From: a virus | Lineage: Duplodnaviria > Caudoviricetes | Virus record (IMG/VR): IMGVR_UViG_3300033076_000568 | Location: 1-26,952 of that record | Strand: one strand, 5' to 3' | DNA length: 26,952 nt | Shown: in pieces, positions 26,753 through 26,952 of the stretch | Position numbering within the stretch: position 1 is the first letter of the stretch | Layout: each line of letters begins with the position of its first letter | Translations under genes and position numbers: made by a program | Notes under the pieces: generated by a model | The model's input: the letters and a program-made list of their open reading frames with translations, nothing else | Database searches by the model: none | Told to the model about the DNA's origin: nothing

Positions 26753-26952
26753 TTATTGGTCATATGCCATTCCGATTCCACCTCTTACTTTACTAGACTG
26801 TTCATCTTGAAGATCTTTGTATACTCCTTTAAATGATGCTCTAATCTGATCAAAATTTTTTGCTGCAGCTACAAGAGAGTTAATATTACCATCTCTACCT
26901 GCAGTAATAGGAGTTGTTTCCATATATCTAGCTAATCTATCTAACATAGATG
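26753..26952 (-). CDS. C-terminal part of the gene upstream of TerL (start lies beyond the window)
   Basis: Frame stays open to the window edge; helical C-terminus ending KVRGGIGMAYDQ; stop is 2 nt before the TerL ATG. Confidence 0.75.
   Translation of the reverse strand, partial: SMLDRLARYMETTPITAGRDGNINSLVAAAKNFDQIRASFKGVYKDLQDEQSSKVRGGIGMAYDQ

Larger units (their letters stand above)
1..26952 (-). mobile_element. Phage genome segment: structural/packaging module of a crAss-like (Crassvirales-type) phage
   Basis: Order TerL-portal-scaffold-MCP-conserved gene-ring-auxiliary capsid-...-IHF-ring-ring-muzzle matches the conserved crAss-like capsid/tail block. Dense co-oriented genes; no host housekeeping genes, integrase or att site seen. 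Confidence 0.9.

Noticed and set aside
1-26952. Stop-codon reassignment as in some Crassvirales
   Set aside because: Standard code gives full-length, tightly packed genes; TAG (12526, 13347, 21793) and TGA (7680) act as stops.
1-26952. CRISPR array, tRNA, rRNA or diversity-generating retroelement
   Set aside because: Intergenic gaps are under about 120 nt and hold promoters/terminators; no spaced repeats, cloverleaf, reverse transcriptase or template/variable repeat pair seen.

Overview
A 27-kb AT-rich stretch of a tailed phage genome, with every credible gene on the minus strand. It is the virion-morphogenesis module of a crAss-like (Crassvirales-type, probably environmental Bacteroidota-infecting) phage. 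In transcription order: a truncated gene upstream of terminase, terminase large subunit, portal, acidic scaffold-like protein, major capsid protein, conserved post-capsid protein, six tiny Lys/Gly-rich basic proteins, tail ring protein, Dps/ferritin-like protein, auxiliary capsid-like protein, a run of Cys-rich hub/fibre-like proteins, IHF/HU-like protein, two more ring proteins, a 1865-aa muzzle/tail-stabilisation protein, and the start of a putative cargo protein. Two genes missing from the ORF track were read by hand (<1..366 and 17054..17224). Most notable non-coding signals: a recurrent TTTG-N20-TATATTAW promoter-like motif; paired AACCAACAAA boxes at two head-gene start codons; and a hairpin at 8352..8376 whose 11-nt loop is the exact antisense of that box, a candidate phage sRNA or translational-control circuit. 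Notable protein-level signals: a repeated [M/F]xxGG motif and a Cys-rich exterior versus Cys-free capsid and scaffold. All family assignments come from recalled motifs and synteny; no database search was run.
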